From positions 310,001 to 374,000 of the forward strand of contig QPMI01000533.1 in the NCBI GenBank assembly GCA_004431415.1: 64,000 nt of DNA, given 5' to 3'. A program made the translations under genes and the position numbers. Origin of the DNA: Cyanophora paradoxa CCMP329 (taxonomy: Eukaryota > Plantae > Glaucophyta). This document shows positions 9,322-20,423 of this stretch, piece after piece. Positions within the stretch are counted from its first letter, which is position 1, and each line of letters begins with the position of its first letter. The notes beneath the pieces were generated by a model that did no database searches, was not told the DNA's origin, and saw only the letters and a program-made list of their open reading frames with translations.

Positions 9322-10152
9322 CTAAAGAGTAGGAAAGAAATGCCAGTCGTTGTACTCGCATATCCTGTTCCAAATGGAATCCAGCTCCGAGAGTTTCTGC
9401 CTGCTCTTGAGCAAGGGGAAAAAGGGGAGGTGCTGGGGCAAATCTAGCAGCACGAAAATCTGCCTGAAGACGTAGTTGTAGTTGAGCATGTTCTTCCTGC
9501 CCTGCGACTTGAAGATGCTGAAGGGGACCTCCACCAGGGCGAACATCTCCTGCACCCGGTCCATGTCCTCCGCGCTCATCGGAGGCGGGCGCTCGCCCGT
9601 GATGCGCCACTTGATCTGCGCCCAGCGCTCGATGTACTTCTGCTGCTTCAGAGCCCGGAGAACTTGGCGGATATTGTCTTTGCTCCACTCCTTCCCCGCC
9701 ATGCGCCTCGCAATAGCTGCCAGCACGTCCTCGGGTACTGGAGAATCCTCCAGGCAGTGCTGCTTAAGTCGCTCAGATACGTGGTACTTCCGCAGGTAGT
9801 TGCTGTGGAGCTCGCTGACAGCCAGGGGTTGATGGTCCGGATAATAAAAATCCAGGACCAGACCGCAGCCTTGGCAAACCAGATCCCCATCCAGGTGAAC
9901 ACCAACGAGGGCGGTAGAGCCGCAATTTCCGCAGGGGACAGCGGCTTCGCCTTGGGGGCCTTGGGTGCGGCGGTTGCGCTTGCGGGGGCGCTCTCCGGCC
10001 CCGAGGTAGGAGTTGGCGATGGCGGCGGCGGCGGCGGGGTACGGTGCCGGAGTGTCGAAGTCTGGGTCCCCCTCGTCGTGAAGGATGGCGCCGTAGCGCT
10101 GGATCTGCTCGAAGTTTCGGAGGAGGAGATCGATTTCGCCAGAGTCTGCCAT
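9322..10152 (-). CDS. VLTF3: Viral late transcription factor 3 (VLTF3, poxvirus A2-like)
   Basis: Zn ribbon CGNCGS..VCQGCG, YLRKYH..ERL, and the diagnostic RKNMLNYNYVFRQIFVLL..LPFFPLLKSRQKL..DSIWNRICEYNDWHFFPT. The start could be further upstream. Confidence 0.93.
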   Translation of the reverse strand: MADSGEIDLLLRNFEQIQRYGAILHDEGDPDFDTPAPYPAAAAAIANSYLGAGERPRKRNRRTQGPQGEAAVPCGNCGSTALVGVHLDGDLVCQGCGLVLDFYYPDHQPLAVSELHSNYLRKYHVSERLKQHCLEDSPVPEDVLAAIARRMAGKEWSKDNIRQVLRALKQQKYIERWAQIKWRITGERPPPMSAEDMDRVQEMFALVEVPFSIFKSQGRKNMLNYNYVFRQIFVLLDLPQHLPFFPLLKSRQKLSELDSIWNRICEYNDWHFFPTL

Positions 10153-10383
10153 TCCTCCGAGTCCTCGTACTGCAGCTGGGCTATTCCCTTGCAGAAGTGG
10201 CAAACGGGCTTCGCGCAATCGAGTGGGTCCCAACCGCAGGTGAGCCCGCAGATGTGACAGAAGGCGTTGCTCAGGTGATTCATGTGAGGCTCAGGTGGTG
10301 CTCAGGTGAGGTGCGGACGTACCCCGGGGCCCCACGTGGAAGCTCACCCCAGCCTCGGAAAATTTTCTAGGCCTTGGTCTGAC

Positions 10384-11226
10384 ATGCTCAACCTCATCGC
10401 GAGGGGCGTAGCAGCAAACAGGCAAGCCCGGGCACCGAACCCTCACCTCCGCATGGACGCCTCCGGCCGCTCCCGGGTAGAGACGCACATCGTGGTGGGC
10501 AACATCAACGACAAGGTGCTGGCGCCCGACAAGACGTGGTTCCAGAAGGTGCTGGACGCGGCGCCCGTGAGGAGACTGAACGGAGAGGATCGGCCCCAGC
10601 GCGAGTCGAATTTCATGATCACCATCCAGACCAACTACAAGCCGCGGAGCAGGGGAGAGGGCGCCAAGGTGCAGGACGCCTTTTACAGGGGGCTGGAGGC
10701 CCTCTTCTACGACGACAGGCAGCTGGCGCGGTGCATAAAGATGGGGGTGTACCCCGACAAGGCGAACCCCAAGGGCTTCGATTTCAAGTCCGACCAGTAC
10801 GACACGCACGTGGAGAAGGGCAACGCGAACATCGGCATCGAGTACGGGCCGCGGTCGGGGCGGCTCCACGCGCACATCCTGCTCACGCTGGTGCACTACT
10901 CGCGCGTGCAATTCGACGGCAAGCGGGCGTCGGATTTCCTCATCGATTTCATGCGGACGGAGGGGCAGGGCGGCCTGCCGAATTTCTACAAGGACGACTG
11001 GTTCGGGGAGGAGTACCAGAAGACGGCGGTGCGGCCGATACGGAGAAAGGACGCCCTCGGCATGCAGTGGACGGGCAAGGAGACGGGCTACAGGAAGCGA
11101 GAAACCGCCAGGCAGATGCACGTAGACGTGAAATTGCTGCCTCAGAGCAACCTCAAGGATCTGCTGCAGCTGTACATTACGAAGACGGTAGAGGCCCTCG
11201 AGACGGGCGCTGTAAAGCTCGTGTAA
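10384..11226 (+). CDS. HUH endonuclease (Rep-like), short form (280 aa)
   Basis: Motif I-like SNFMITIQTN, motif II IEYGPRSGRLHAHILL, motif III LQLYITK. Confidence 0.85.
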   Translation: MLNLIARGVAANRQARAPNPHLRMDASGRSRVETHIVVGNINDKVLAPDKTWFQKVLDAAPVRRLNGEDRPQRESNFMITIQTNYKPRSRGEGAKVQDAFYRGLEALFYDDRQLARCIKMGVYPDKANPKGFDFKSDQYDTHVEKGNANIGIEYGPRSGRLHAHILLTLVHYSRVQFDGKRASDFLIDFMRTEGQGGLPNFYKDDWFGEEYQKTAVRPIRRKDALGMQWTGKETGYRKRETARQMHVDVKLLPQSNLKDLLQLYITKTVEALETGAVKLV

Positions 11227-11249
11227 ATTTTTTCTCGTGTCCAATAAAT

Positions 11250-13280
11250 ATGCCTCCGAGGCGCCGAGGCCGCAAGAAGAAGCCAGAGAGCTCGAGCGAG
11301 TCAGAGGAAGAGGAGCCCACGTCCCCGTCCTCCGAGTCGGAGGAAGAAGAGGAGGAAGAGGAAGAGGAGCCGGAGCCTAAGCCGAAGGGTAAGGGCAAGG
11401 GGAAGGGAAAGGGAAAGGCAAAGGGAAACGCGCCCGATACCGGCGTGGACGAGCTCGAGACGCCCGTCGTTGAGATTCCGAAGCGATACGTGCTGGTGCA
11501 GGGCGAGGATGGCATATTCCAGCAGCAGAAGAGCATATCCGATTACATCAAGCTCTCGGCCACCAAAGAAGTTCAGATGCTCCCATCGCTGCTCGATAAA
11601 TCATACCACGAGCCCGCGACCCTCTGGAGCATCCACAGCGAAATCGAGTACGATAAACTCCCCGAGGAGCGACTGCGCGCCATACCGCGCACGTACCAGA
11701 GCGCGCAGAAATCGCCGCCGATCTGCTACCGCTGCCTTCGCCTCATGTACGAGGCCACGCCCGTGCCGAGCGCCAAGGGGGCCAACACGCCAGAGAAAAT
11801 CGCCGCGAGGGAGGCAGCGCAGGCGAGGAAGGATGCCGTGTACGAAGAGTACGTTGCAGTCATAGAGAAGGCAAACGCATGGGCAGCCAAGCAAAACGGC
11901 AAGGGGAAGAAAAAGGGTCAGGAGCCGTACCCCCTCATCAAGGACAAGAAGCCGGCGCAGGTGCCCACGGTGTCGCCCAGAAACTCGTGGCTCTGCCAGA
12001 AGTGCGTCACGCTGCTCGGCAACAAGGGCCTGCTCGTGATCTTGGGCCTGCAGAGGCGAAAGAGGGGCGACACGGCCACCGTCTCCAAGCAGACGCGCGA
12101 CCACATGGTCGAGAGCGTGCTCGGCGGGCCGAAGCCAAAGACCACGAAAAAGGCAAAGGATACGGCCGCTGACTTCGGATCGTCCGTCATCGAGCCCAAC
12201 TCCGCACAGTCGAAAATCAGAAAGGCGAAAATCGTGGCGCCGAGCATGGAAGATTTAATGGCAACCTTCGCGGACGCGCAAGAGGTGAAGCAGAACATAG
12301 AGAAGGCGAAAACGGGACTGCAGGCGGCGCAGGCAAACGGGCTGGAGGCGCTCGAGAAGGTGATCACGGAAATCAGCGAGACGGGGCGGTCGGTCTTCAT
12401 CCTCAACAAAAAGAATCCCGACGGAAGCACGCGGTACGACATACGACAGGCGCGCCAGTCGCGCTACTGGGTGCTCTTCAACACACACAAGCGCCTGGGA
12501 GAGGCGCGAGAATTCGAGGCGGCGGCGCTGCGCGACAGCCTCGCAGAGGTGCTCTCGGACGCAGAATTCTACAAGTTCATCCGCTTCAATTTGAAGGAAG
12601 AGAACGGCAAGTACAAGGACGACACGTACGCCAACGCAATCATCGGAATTCGCGTGCAAGGGGGCGTAGAGGTGGGGCCGACGGACGGGGCGCTGCACGC
12701 CCACGTGCTGGTGACGATCGATCACATATCGAATTTGCAGGTGCTGTGGGCGAATTACGACTGGGTGGTGCTGCTCAAGGAGAAGGAGCCGGGCACCACG
12801 ACGGTGTACGAGCGGCTGCACCAAATTCTGTCCGCGAAATTCACAGCGGCCGGGCAGCGCCTCGTAGACCAGAAGAGAGCAGAGGCAGGGCCGCAGCCGA
12901 GCATCGATACGATGGTGGAAATCGCAGAGCTCGAGCGCATGCTGACGGAAGAGAAGATAGGCATGGGGAAAGATCCGCCCACCGTCCTTGCGTCGCTGAT
13001 TCCGGAGGAAAATTACGCGAGCAAGCTGCAGGAGTACCTCTCGAAGACGCTGCCCGACAAGCAGAGGCGCGATTTACTGAAAGAGTGGTCGCACGCGCGA
13101 AACACGAACAACACCGACAACAACACGGACGGGTACCTCTTCACGATTTTCCAGGCGGACGCCGGCCAGGCGGACGACCCCCGCTTTGCGCCGCAGGCCG
13201 CGGAAATCGGCGACCTGAGGGCCAGGGGCCGAGGGCGCGGAAAGGGCAAGGGGCGCGGAAGGGGCAGGGGTAGCGGGTAA
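11250..13280 (+). CDS. HUH endonuclease, long form (676 aa) with acidic/KG N-terminus, split CxxC pair and RG tail
   Basis: SRYWVLFNTH, VEVGPTDGALHAHVLV, LQEYLSK; also CYRC...CQKC. Confidence 0.82.
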   Translation: MPPRRRGRKKKPESSSESEEEEPTSPSSESEEEEEEEEEEPEPKPKGKGKGKGKGKAKGNAPDTGVDELETPVVEIPKRYVLVQGEDGIFQQQKSISDYIKLSATKEVQMLPSLLDKSYHEPATLWSIHSEIEYDKLPEERLRAIPRTYQSAQKSPPICYRCLRLMYEATPVPSAKGANTPEKIAAREAAQARKDAVYEEYVAVIEKANAWAAKQNGKGKKKGQEPYPLIKDKKPAQVPTVSPRNSWLCQKCVTLLGNKGLLVILGLQRRKRGDTATVSKQTRDHMVESVLGGPKPKTTKKAKDTAADFGSSVIEPNSAQSKIRKAKIVAPSMEDLMATFADAQEVKQNIEKAKTGLQAAQANGLEALEKVITEISETGRSVFILNKKNPDGSTRYDIRQARQSRYWVLFNTHKRLGEAREFEAAALRDSLAEVLSDAEFYKFIRFNLKEENGKYKDDTYANAIIGIRVQGGVEVGPTDGALHAHVLVTIDHISNLQVLWANYDWVVLLKEKEPGTTTVYERLHQILSAKFTAAGQRLVDQKRAEAGPQPSIDTMVEIAELERMLTEEKIGMGKDPPTVLASLIPEENYASKLQEYLSKTLPDKQRRDLLKEWSHARNTNNTDNNTDGYLFTIFQADAGQADDPRFAPQAAEIGDLRARGRGRGKGKGRGRGRGSG

Positions 13281-13301
13281 TTGTTCTGATGCGCCCGCAA
13301 G

Positions 13302-13694
13302 ATGTTCGAGGGGGCATGCACCCACTCGGACGTCATCACCGTAATCTGCGGCGCGCTCTTCCTGGTTTCCGAGCTCCTGGGCGGCACGGAGCGCGTGCGC
13401 CCAAACACGGTGCTGGGCGCCCTGAAGGCGGCGGCCCTGAGGGTCGTGCGCCGCGGCGAGCCCGAGCCCGAGCCCCCGCCCGAGCAGCAGAGGCGCGAGA
13501 GCGTGCAGGCGATCGGCCCGCACCACGTGGACATCCAGATGACGCAGACCGGTACGCGTTTTTTTCTAGAGAACATGGGAAATGGAGACTCCCGCGACAA
13601 CAGCCCCCAGCGCAGAGGCTCCGTCGTCCTGCCCCGGCAGCAGCAGCACCAGTACGAGCACCAGCAGCAGCACAGCGTTCCCTTGGCTTCTTAG
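13302..13694 (+). CDS. Small membrane protein
   Basis: N-terminal TM VITVICGALFLVSELLG..PNTVLG, low-complexity tail. Confidence 0.65.
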   Translation: MFEGACTHSDVITVICGALFLVSELLGGTERVRPNTVLGALKAAALRVVRRGEPEPEPPPEQQRRESVQAIGPHHVDIQMTQTGTRFFLENMGNGDSRDNSPQRRGSVVLPRQQQHQYEHQQQHSVPLAS

Positions 13695-13740
13695 GACTTA
13701 CGCGCGAAAGAAGCAGCAGCAGCCGAAGGAGCCGGCCGAA

Positions 13741-13953
13741 ATGGCGGCTGACCTGGATCGGTGCACCCGCCGCGCCATCGCGAGCTACGCCAAGCGGGTC
13801 GAGCAGTACCACCCCCAGATGGCAGAGGACGCCCGAGCGTACGCGAAAAACCCCGCCGCGAGCCCGCCCGTGATGGCCGCGGTGATCGACAGGCTGCAGT
13901 GGGCGCTGCACGAGGAGGGGGAGCGGGTGAGGAATTTCTTCATGCCCAAGTAA
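13741..13953 (+). CDS. Hypothetical viral protein
   Basis: Gap-filling ORF with viral codon usage; start uncertain. Confidence 0.5.
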   Translation: MAADLDRCTRRAIASYAKRVEQYHPQMAEDARAYAKNPAASPPVMAAVIDRLQWALHEEGERVRNFFMPK

Positions 13954-13975
13954 ATTTCTGAATGGGCCCTTAACA

Positions 13976-14164
13976 ATGTCGTCCATGCTCCCGAGCCTCG
14001 ATGATATCACCAGCGATTCCCGCTACCTGGGCAGCCTGCTGACCCTCGGCGCGGTCGCCTACATGTCGCCCGCGCGCTACTACCTCGTGCGGATCCTCGC
14101 CGCGCAGTTCGCGGGCTACTACTTCGTGGGGCCCTACCTCCTCAACGGCCTGAGGAAGGCATAA
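13976..14164 (+). CDS. Small hydrophobic protein (62 aa)
   Basis: Two hydrophobic segments; upstream AAATTTCTG motif. Confidence 0.6.
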   Translation: MSSMLPSLDDITSDSRYLGSLLTLGAVAYMSPARYYLVRILAAQFAGYYFVGPYLLNGLRKA

Positions 14165-14187
14165 TTTCTCAGGCCCCTTCCTAAATA

Positions 14188-14637
14188 ATGTCCTGTGTCA
14201 ACCTCTACGTCCAGTCGAACGGGGAGACGCAGGATTCCGAGGGCTTCTGGCGCCTCAGGCTGAACCAGATCCCCGCCGACATCGACACGCTGCAGATCAA
14301 GGGCGTCTACCTGGAGCTGGACACGACCGCGATTCCGGACCCCACCGCCGCGAAAACCGTCAACGTTCTGCTGATGGACGCGCCCGACTTGAACGTGAGA
14401 ACCATCTCGAACGTCAACTCGTGCATCAACAAGGTCGTGATCCCGACGTGGGGCCACGACGGCCTGGAAAACACCATCCTCTACTGGTTCGAGGTGCCCA
14501 TGGCCGTGCGCCCGAACTACGTCGCGTACGACAAGTTCCAGGAGCTGCGCGTGCGCTTCACCGACATCACGGGCGCCACCAAGAAGAACAACGCCTTCAT
14601 CGTCAAGAACTTCGGCCTCTGGGCCTTTGCGAAATAG
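14188..14637 (+). CDS. Minor capsid (penton-like single jelly-roll) protein
   Basis: 149 aa, beta-rich; N-terminal LYVQS..FWRLRL and C-terminal FQELRVRFTDITG, typical of penton proteins. Confidence 0.65.
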   Translation: MSCVNLYVQSNGETQDSEGFWRLRLNQIPADIDTLQIKGVYLELDTTAIPDPTAAKTVNVLLMDAPDLNVRTISNVNSCINKVVIPTWGHDGLENTILYWFEVPMAVRPNYVAYDKFQELRVRFTDITGATKKNNAFIVKNFGLWAFAK

Positions 14638-14657
14638 ATTTTCGCAGGCCCCCTTAA

Positions 14658-15134
14658 ATGCGCCTGATCATATTCCCGCGGAAGGGCTCGGGCGTCAAGA
14701 CGCGCACCTTTGCGGGCGTGCCAGGCTACCCCTCGCCCCTCACTTACAGAGTCGATCTTGTAACCGCCTCTGGTCCAATTAAATACGGGCTGCTGCACAG
14801 CCTCAGTCACATCCGTCTCGGCGAGAGCGCATGGCAGGACCTGGCCTTAATCGTAGAATTCGAGTACAGGGGGGTAGACACGCTCACGGGCGAGCACTTC
14901 TACAGGGTACGGGTAGCGAGGGAGGGGTACTCGCTGCCGAACGGCGCGGGCGGGGAATACTGGGAGCCTAAGATACGCGATGCCTCCGAGGCCTACCGCT
15001 GGCTGCGCGACGAGCAGATCGTTGTCAGGCCCGATTACCCCTACGCCGACGTTTTCTGGCAGGTGCCGGCGGGCCGGTGGACGACGGGCGAGGTGAGCGG
15101 CAAGCTGAAGTGGACCTGGGAGGCGGAGCGCTAG
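14658..15134 (+). CDS. Hypothetical viral protein (158 aa)
   Basis: In the structural cluster; upstream GATTTTC motif. Confidence 0.65.
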   Translation: MRLIIFPRKGSGVKTRTFAGVPGYPSPLTYRVDLVTASGPIKYGLLHSLSHIRLGESAWQDLALIVEFEYRGVDTLTGEHFYRVRVAREGYSLPNGAGGEYWEPKIRDASEAYRWLRDEQIVVRPDYPYADVFWQVPAGRWTTGEVSGKLKWTWEAER

Positions 15135-15160
15135 TTAATTTTTCTCTCTCGCGAACAGAA

Positions 15161-18100
15161 ATGTCGATGCTTGCAGACCCCTGGCGCATGGCCATCCCGA
15201 ATCCCGACGAGGTGCTGAACGGTGCCTTCGCGATAGACGGGAGCCTGAGCGTGAGGGGAATTTACGCGGACGAGATTAGGCTGCGGCAGGGATCCACGTA
15301 CAACGATTTCCTGACGACCATAGGCTCGCTGGTGGACTACGGGGACCTCACCGCAATTATCAAGGGGCTCTGGGGGGTCACGACCGAGACGGGCGTGGAC
15401 TGGAACATTATTAAGAGGGCGGCCGACGTGAAAATCGCGAACGCCGTCACGGCAAAGGACGCCACCATCAACCTCGTGAAGCTGACCCTGCAGGGCGCAG
15501 AGGGAGACGTGAGGCCCGGGTACAACGCGCTCGAGCGCATCGCGGGCCCCCTGCGCCACATCTACTGGAGCCGCCAGGCGCTGCCGAGCATGGAGCCCGA
15601 GCAGTACAGGCGCGACAGGGAGGAGTTTTTCGCGTGGTTCGACCACTTCAAGGTGAACATCCGCGCCCTGAGCGCCGACAGGACGGGCGAGACGCCGGAG
15701 ACGACGGGCGGGGGCCGCATCCCAACGGCGCCCGACGTGCTCCCCGATCGCTCGGACTGGGCGAAGACGCAGAACTGGGCGCTGAAGGACCACTTCCACG
15801 ACGAGAGGTACGCCCTCGTCAAGCACCCGCACGTGAAGGCCGACATCACGGACTGGGCGCACCGCCACCTGTACGACGACATCATCGGCGGGCCCAAGGT
15901 GCCGGGTGCGATTCCGGTGGGGTACGGGTGGTGGAAGCACGGGAGGTGGGGGTACAGGCACCGGGGTGGGGTACAGGCACCGGGGTGGGGGTACAGGCAC
16001 GGGGGCGGAGGGGCTCCAGCGGCACGCCAGTGGGCGGGGCGGGGGCAGCAGCGGCTCGGGTGGCGGCGGCTCAGGCGGGGAGGGCATGGATAAGGTAGCA
16101 GGCCTTGCCACTTCAACGGCCATCTTCGGGGGCGCCCTCATCGTAGGCGGCATCAAATACTACAAGGATCGGAAGGGGTTCGTGAGGCAAATCGACGAGC
16201 TGAACGCGAGACCCCCCATTAAATTCGATTCCGAGGACGCGCAGCGCGAGTACTACAAACTCGAGAACGAAAAGAAGCAATGGAGCGAGCTGAAAGACAA
16301 GGAAATGACAGAGGTCGCGGAGAAGAAGGCGGAAGCGAACAAGCTGATGACAGACGCGCAAAGGCAGGAAGAGAGCGCCCTCACCGCGCTAAGGTCGGCA
16401 GAGCGCCAGGTCGCGGAAGAGCGCACGAAAATGATACTCGACGCCGAGGAGGAGCTGAAGAGGATAAACGAGCAAAGGGAAGCCGCCAAGGCGAAAAAGC
16501 TGCAGGAAATTGAAGCGCTGACCGCAGGCACCGAGCTGCTCGAGGCGCAGAGGAAAGAGATCGAGGATAGGAAGAAGAAATTGGAAAAGGAGGCAGAGAC
16601 GAGAAGGCAGCTGCTGGAAGAGGAAGAGGAAACGAGGAGAAAGGCAGGAGAGCTGCAAACGGGCGCGGTGCAGGAGGCGAACAGGCTCCGGGAGGAGATC
16701 AAAAATTTAAAGGAGGCCGCCGAGCGCGCGGACGAGCAGTCGAAAAATTCAAGGCCAACGCGGACGAGCTGGCACAGAGGCTGCTCAAGTACGCGGCCAC
16801 GGCAGAGGCTCGCTCGCCCATGGGGACGGCCGAGACGCAGACGACGCCGAGGCCCGATCCGAGGCCGGCCGCCGAGAGGCTGCCCTTCGCGCGGCTGGGT
16901 AGGAGCGACCAGGTGGAAGAGCTCATTGGCCTCACGCTCGAGGATCAGAGGGCCCTCTTCGACGCGTTAGAGCAGCGGCGCAGGGCGGACGAGGAGGCAG
17001 CTGCCAAGACAGAAGAGGAACGACTGAAGGCAATGCAAACTGCATCAGACGAGGAATTTGCACGGCTGGAGGAGCCGAAGGTAGCGGAGCGTAAGCGACG
17101 ACTGGAGACGTTCAGGGGGCGCAGATGGATTTTTACCGCTCGGAGCTCAAAAAACTGAAAGAAGGAAATGCATCGGGGGACAGGGTCCGCGCCATGGAAG
17201 AGAACATGCGCGACTTTAGCTACGTTATGGATCAGCTGACGGGAAGGGGTCAGAAAGACGCCGAAGAACTGAGGAGAAAGATGGCCGATGAGAAGTGGAA
17301 AAACTTTGAGCGTCAGGCTGTTCAGAGGCCCATCAGCGATGCCATCTGGATAGCATACGGCGACGTGGAGGAGATGCACCGCGAACTGCGGACGGAAGCG
17401 AGCCTATGGCGGGGAGCCCTCGAATGGTCACTGTACCGGATGCAAAGGGAAAGTTTGTGGCAGAGCTGCGAGCCAATCCGAAAACGGTGAGCGCGGGCGC
17501 ACAGAGCGCGTACCTCTCCATGGTCGATTACGTGGGCAAGCTGAGCAAATTTTGGGAAATGCGAAGAGCCATCATTCCAGCGGAGGGGCTCGCGCAGTAC
17601 GATGCCATGGTGCGCGATCTGGAGGCCTTCAAACGTGAGCACCCACCCGCCAAATACAAGATTCACATAGATACGACGGCATTCATGGGCGATCTAAGGA
17701 AGAGAGGAGACGAGGCCAAGAGTCAGATCGAGGAGCGCTACAGAAAGGCCCAAGCGGACAAGGAGTACGCAAACAGGGTGATCGAAGAGCGGAAGCAGCA
17801 AGCCAAGGAGAACGCGGCGAGACGCAACGCCGAGATAGAAGAGCAGAGGCGGAAGATCACAGAGCGCAAGGCGGCAGAGGAAGAGGCAAGAAAGACCAAG
17901 GTAGAGACAGAGTACCAAGCATTGAAACGGGAGGCCAATCAACTGTTAAAAAGGAGGGGAAGGGCCTACGCCGACGAGGGCGCGGGCGTGGGCTCGGCCA
18001 GCCCGGACGACATCACCCTCGCGGAAAGGGACGACGTTTCCGTAGAGGAAATGCGCCCGGGCACAGCTCGCCTGCCCTCCGAGGGCGTATTCCAGACGCT

Positions 18101-20399
18101 CGACAGGCGCGTGATGGGCGACTCGGACGTTATTTTGCGCAACGCCCTGATGCCCTACGGCGACTGGAACCGCGCCACCGCCGACGCCCTTGCGGATTTC
18201 GACCTCGAGCGATTCACCACCAAAGAGCAGCGCGACGCGTACCTGGGGCGCCCGAGGGCAAGGCGGCCCGGGGTGGCCAAGGAGGCCCTCAGCGCCGAGA
18301 CGCTCTTCTCGGCGGCGGGTACGGCGAACAACGACGGCATGTCTTTCGGGGCAGCCGATTTATTTCAGGGGGCGGGCATCGACCTGGTGGGCGCCGGGCT
18401 GGGGGGTACGGGCTCGCGTGCCATGCGGCGGGCGGGCGCGGCGGCGGCGGGCCTTGGGCTGGCGACGGCGGGCGGCCTGCTCTCGGCCTACCAGGCGCTC
18501 TCGCAGGGCAAGATAGGGGAGGCGGAGTTCTTCGATACGTTCCGCGATCAGATGATCATGACGGTCGGCTCCTTTGGCCTGCAGACGGGCATGTCGTCCG
18601 CCCTGAGCGCCCTCACGAAAATGAGGATCGGCACGGTGGGCGGACTTGGCCTGTCCATCCTCGCGGGCGCCATCGCGCAGGTGATCGTGGATATCATCAA
18701 CGGGCGCAGCGCGGAAGAGATCGTGAAGAACTTCTTCAAGTACCCCGTTGACTGGGCCGCCGACACCATCCAGTTCATCGCGCAGCTCTCGCAGCAGATC
18801 TACGACTGGGGCGTCGAGACGTGGGGCGACGAGGCGAGCCAGCTGCGCAACCGAATTAATCGGCTGGAGGGCGAACTGGGCTCCGGATTTTTGGGTGTGT
18901 ACGACCCCTCGGAGGCGCGCGAAATGGCCTCGCTCTTGGCCCAGGAGCTGCGGTTAAACGAAATAAAGGAGCCGAAGGAGCTGCAGGCCTTCATTCGCGC
19001 GCTCGACAACAGCATCAACGATTACCGTACCCCCAAGGACCAGAAGACTCTGCTCGAAATTGATCGCGCAACCGTGCTCTTCCTCTCTCAGCTCACCGTT
19101 AAAATGCAGGAGGGCTTCGGGTCGACCTCGCTCGCCCTGAGTCGGCTGATGCGCGACCTTAAGCAGATGGTGAAGGAGGAGACCAAGGGGCGGAAGCGCG
19201 TCTTAATAGCCGTCTACCAGGAGGGCCTCAACAGGATCAATCACATCGAAGCCCTAAGGCGCGAATTCGGCTCGGCCATCCGTCACTCGGGCGTCTCGTC
19301 GAACGGAGGGGCCCAGGTGGCCCGCCTGGCCGACGCTAACTCGCGCCTCGAAATTCCCGGGACCTTCCGCATGCAGGATTGGTGGGAGGCCGAGGCATTC
19401 AGGAACTACGGCGCCTTCATAGACAACGGGATCAATTCGCAGAGCCCCAAGGCCAACTGGCTGGTACCCAAGGCGTACGTCGATAAATTGATGGACAGGC
19501 CCGCGGCACCCTACAGCAAGAAGATCGCCAAAGGCGTAGAGTACTGGGCGCCCGAGCCCGGTCAGCCCGTGTTTGCGGCGCAGAACTACGAGTGGCACGT
19601 GCCCTCGGGGCCCAGCCAGGCCATCAGTACCGTGGGGGTTGCCGCGCCGCAGCTGGCGGCGGTTGCGCATACGGGGGAGTACAAAGATTTAAAAGGGAAG
19701 CCGGAGACGACGTGGGATAGCATCACGGGGAAGCCGAGCACGTACCCCCACGCAACTCACAGGCACACCATCTCCGAGATCAGCGACTGGACGGCCCCCA
19801 ACTTGACGAACATCACCGTTGACTGGGAAACCCAAGTTACGGGGAAGCCTCTCGCCTTCCCCCCCACGACCCACAGTCACGCCGTGAACTGGAACACAGA
19901 TATTTACAACTTACCAGGCACCTTCCCCCCCTCTACGCACAGTCACACCGTGGACTGGAATACAGATATTTCAAACTTACCAGACACCTTCCCCCCCTCT
20001 ACGCACGGCCATTCCCAGTACGCTGATGCCGACCATGGCCACAGAAACGTGAACATGTCAGATGCTTACGTGCAACATGGCACCTTCTTGTACACGTTCG
20101 CCTCAGGCACTTATTTGGATAGCAACTTTGCGTACACGACCACGTTTACCAACATTCCTTTCGCGACTGCGTACGACACAGGAGGTGGACTCTATCCCGC
20201 AAACCCCACCCCAACCGTAATACTTACCCCATTCTTCGTACTTGGCAGCCAGGAAGTTGAGATCGGGGCCCGCCTCGTCGCGTTAGACCATACCAAATTT
20301 ACGGCCAAAGTGAGGATGAAGCCCTCGGTGTCAGTCACTATTACCGACCATGTACCGCTCAAGCTCCATTGGATTGCAGTGGGCAAGCTGGTCATATGA
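15161..20399 (+). CDS. Giant fibre-like protein (~1,745 codons), split by at least 4 frameshifts in this sequence
   Basis: Five overlapping ORF segments give HxH repeat, Gly linker, coiled coil, Gly/Ala hydrophobic block, phage-fibre repeats (WDSITGKPSTYPHATHRH; W..DI.NLP.TFPPSTHSH) and an H-lectin/gp53-like end (IPFATAY..PTVILT..LHWIAVG). Confidence 0.7.
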
Positions 20400-20423
20400 T
20401 TGATTTTCTGATGCAATCCAAAA

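Noticed and set aside
10536-11249. N-terminal extension of the 914-aa ORF; likewise the extensions of ORFs 7142, 8124 and 23754
   Set aside because: They overlap real genes. The downstream ATGs at 11250, 7493, 7455 and 23877 carry the shared upstream motif or a close variant.
15161-20399. Bacterial prophage or contamination suggested by the tail-fibre and HNH genes
   Set aside because: Neighbouring core genes are eukaryotic-virus hallmarks, and there is no terminase, portal or HK97 capsid.
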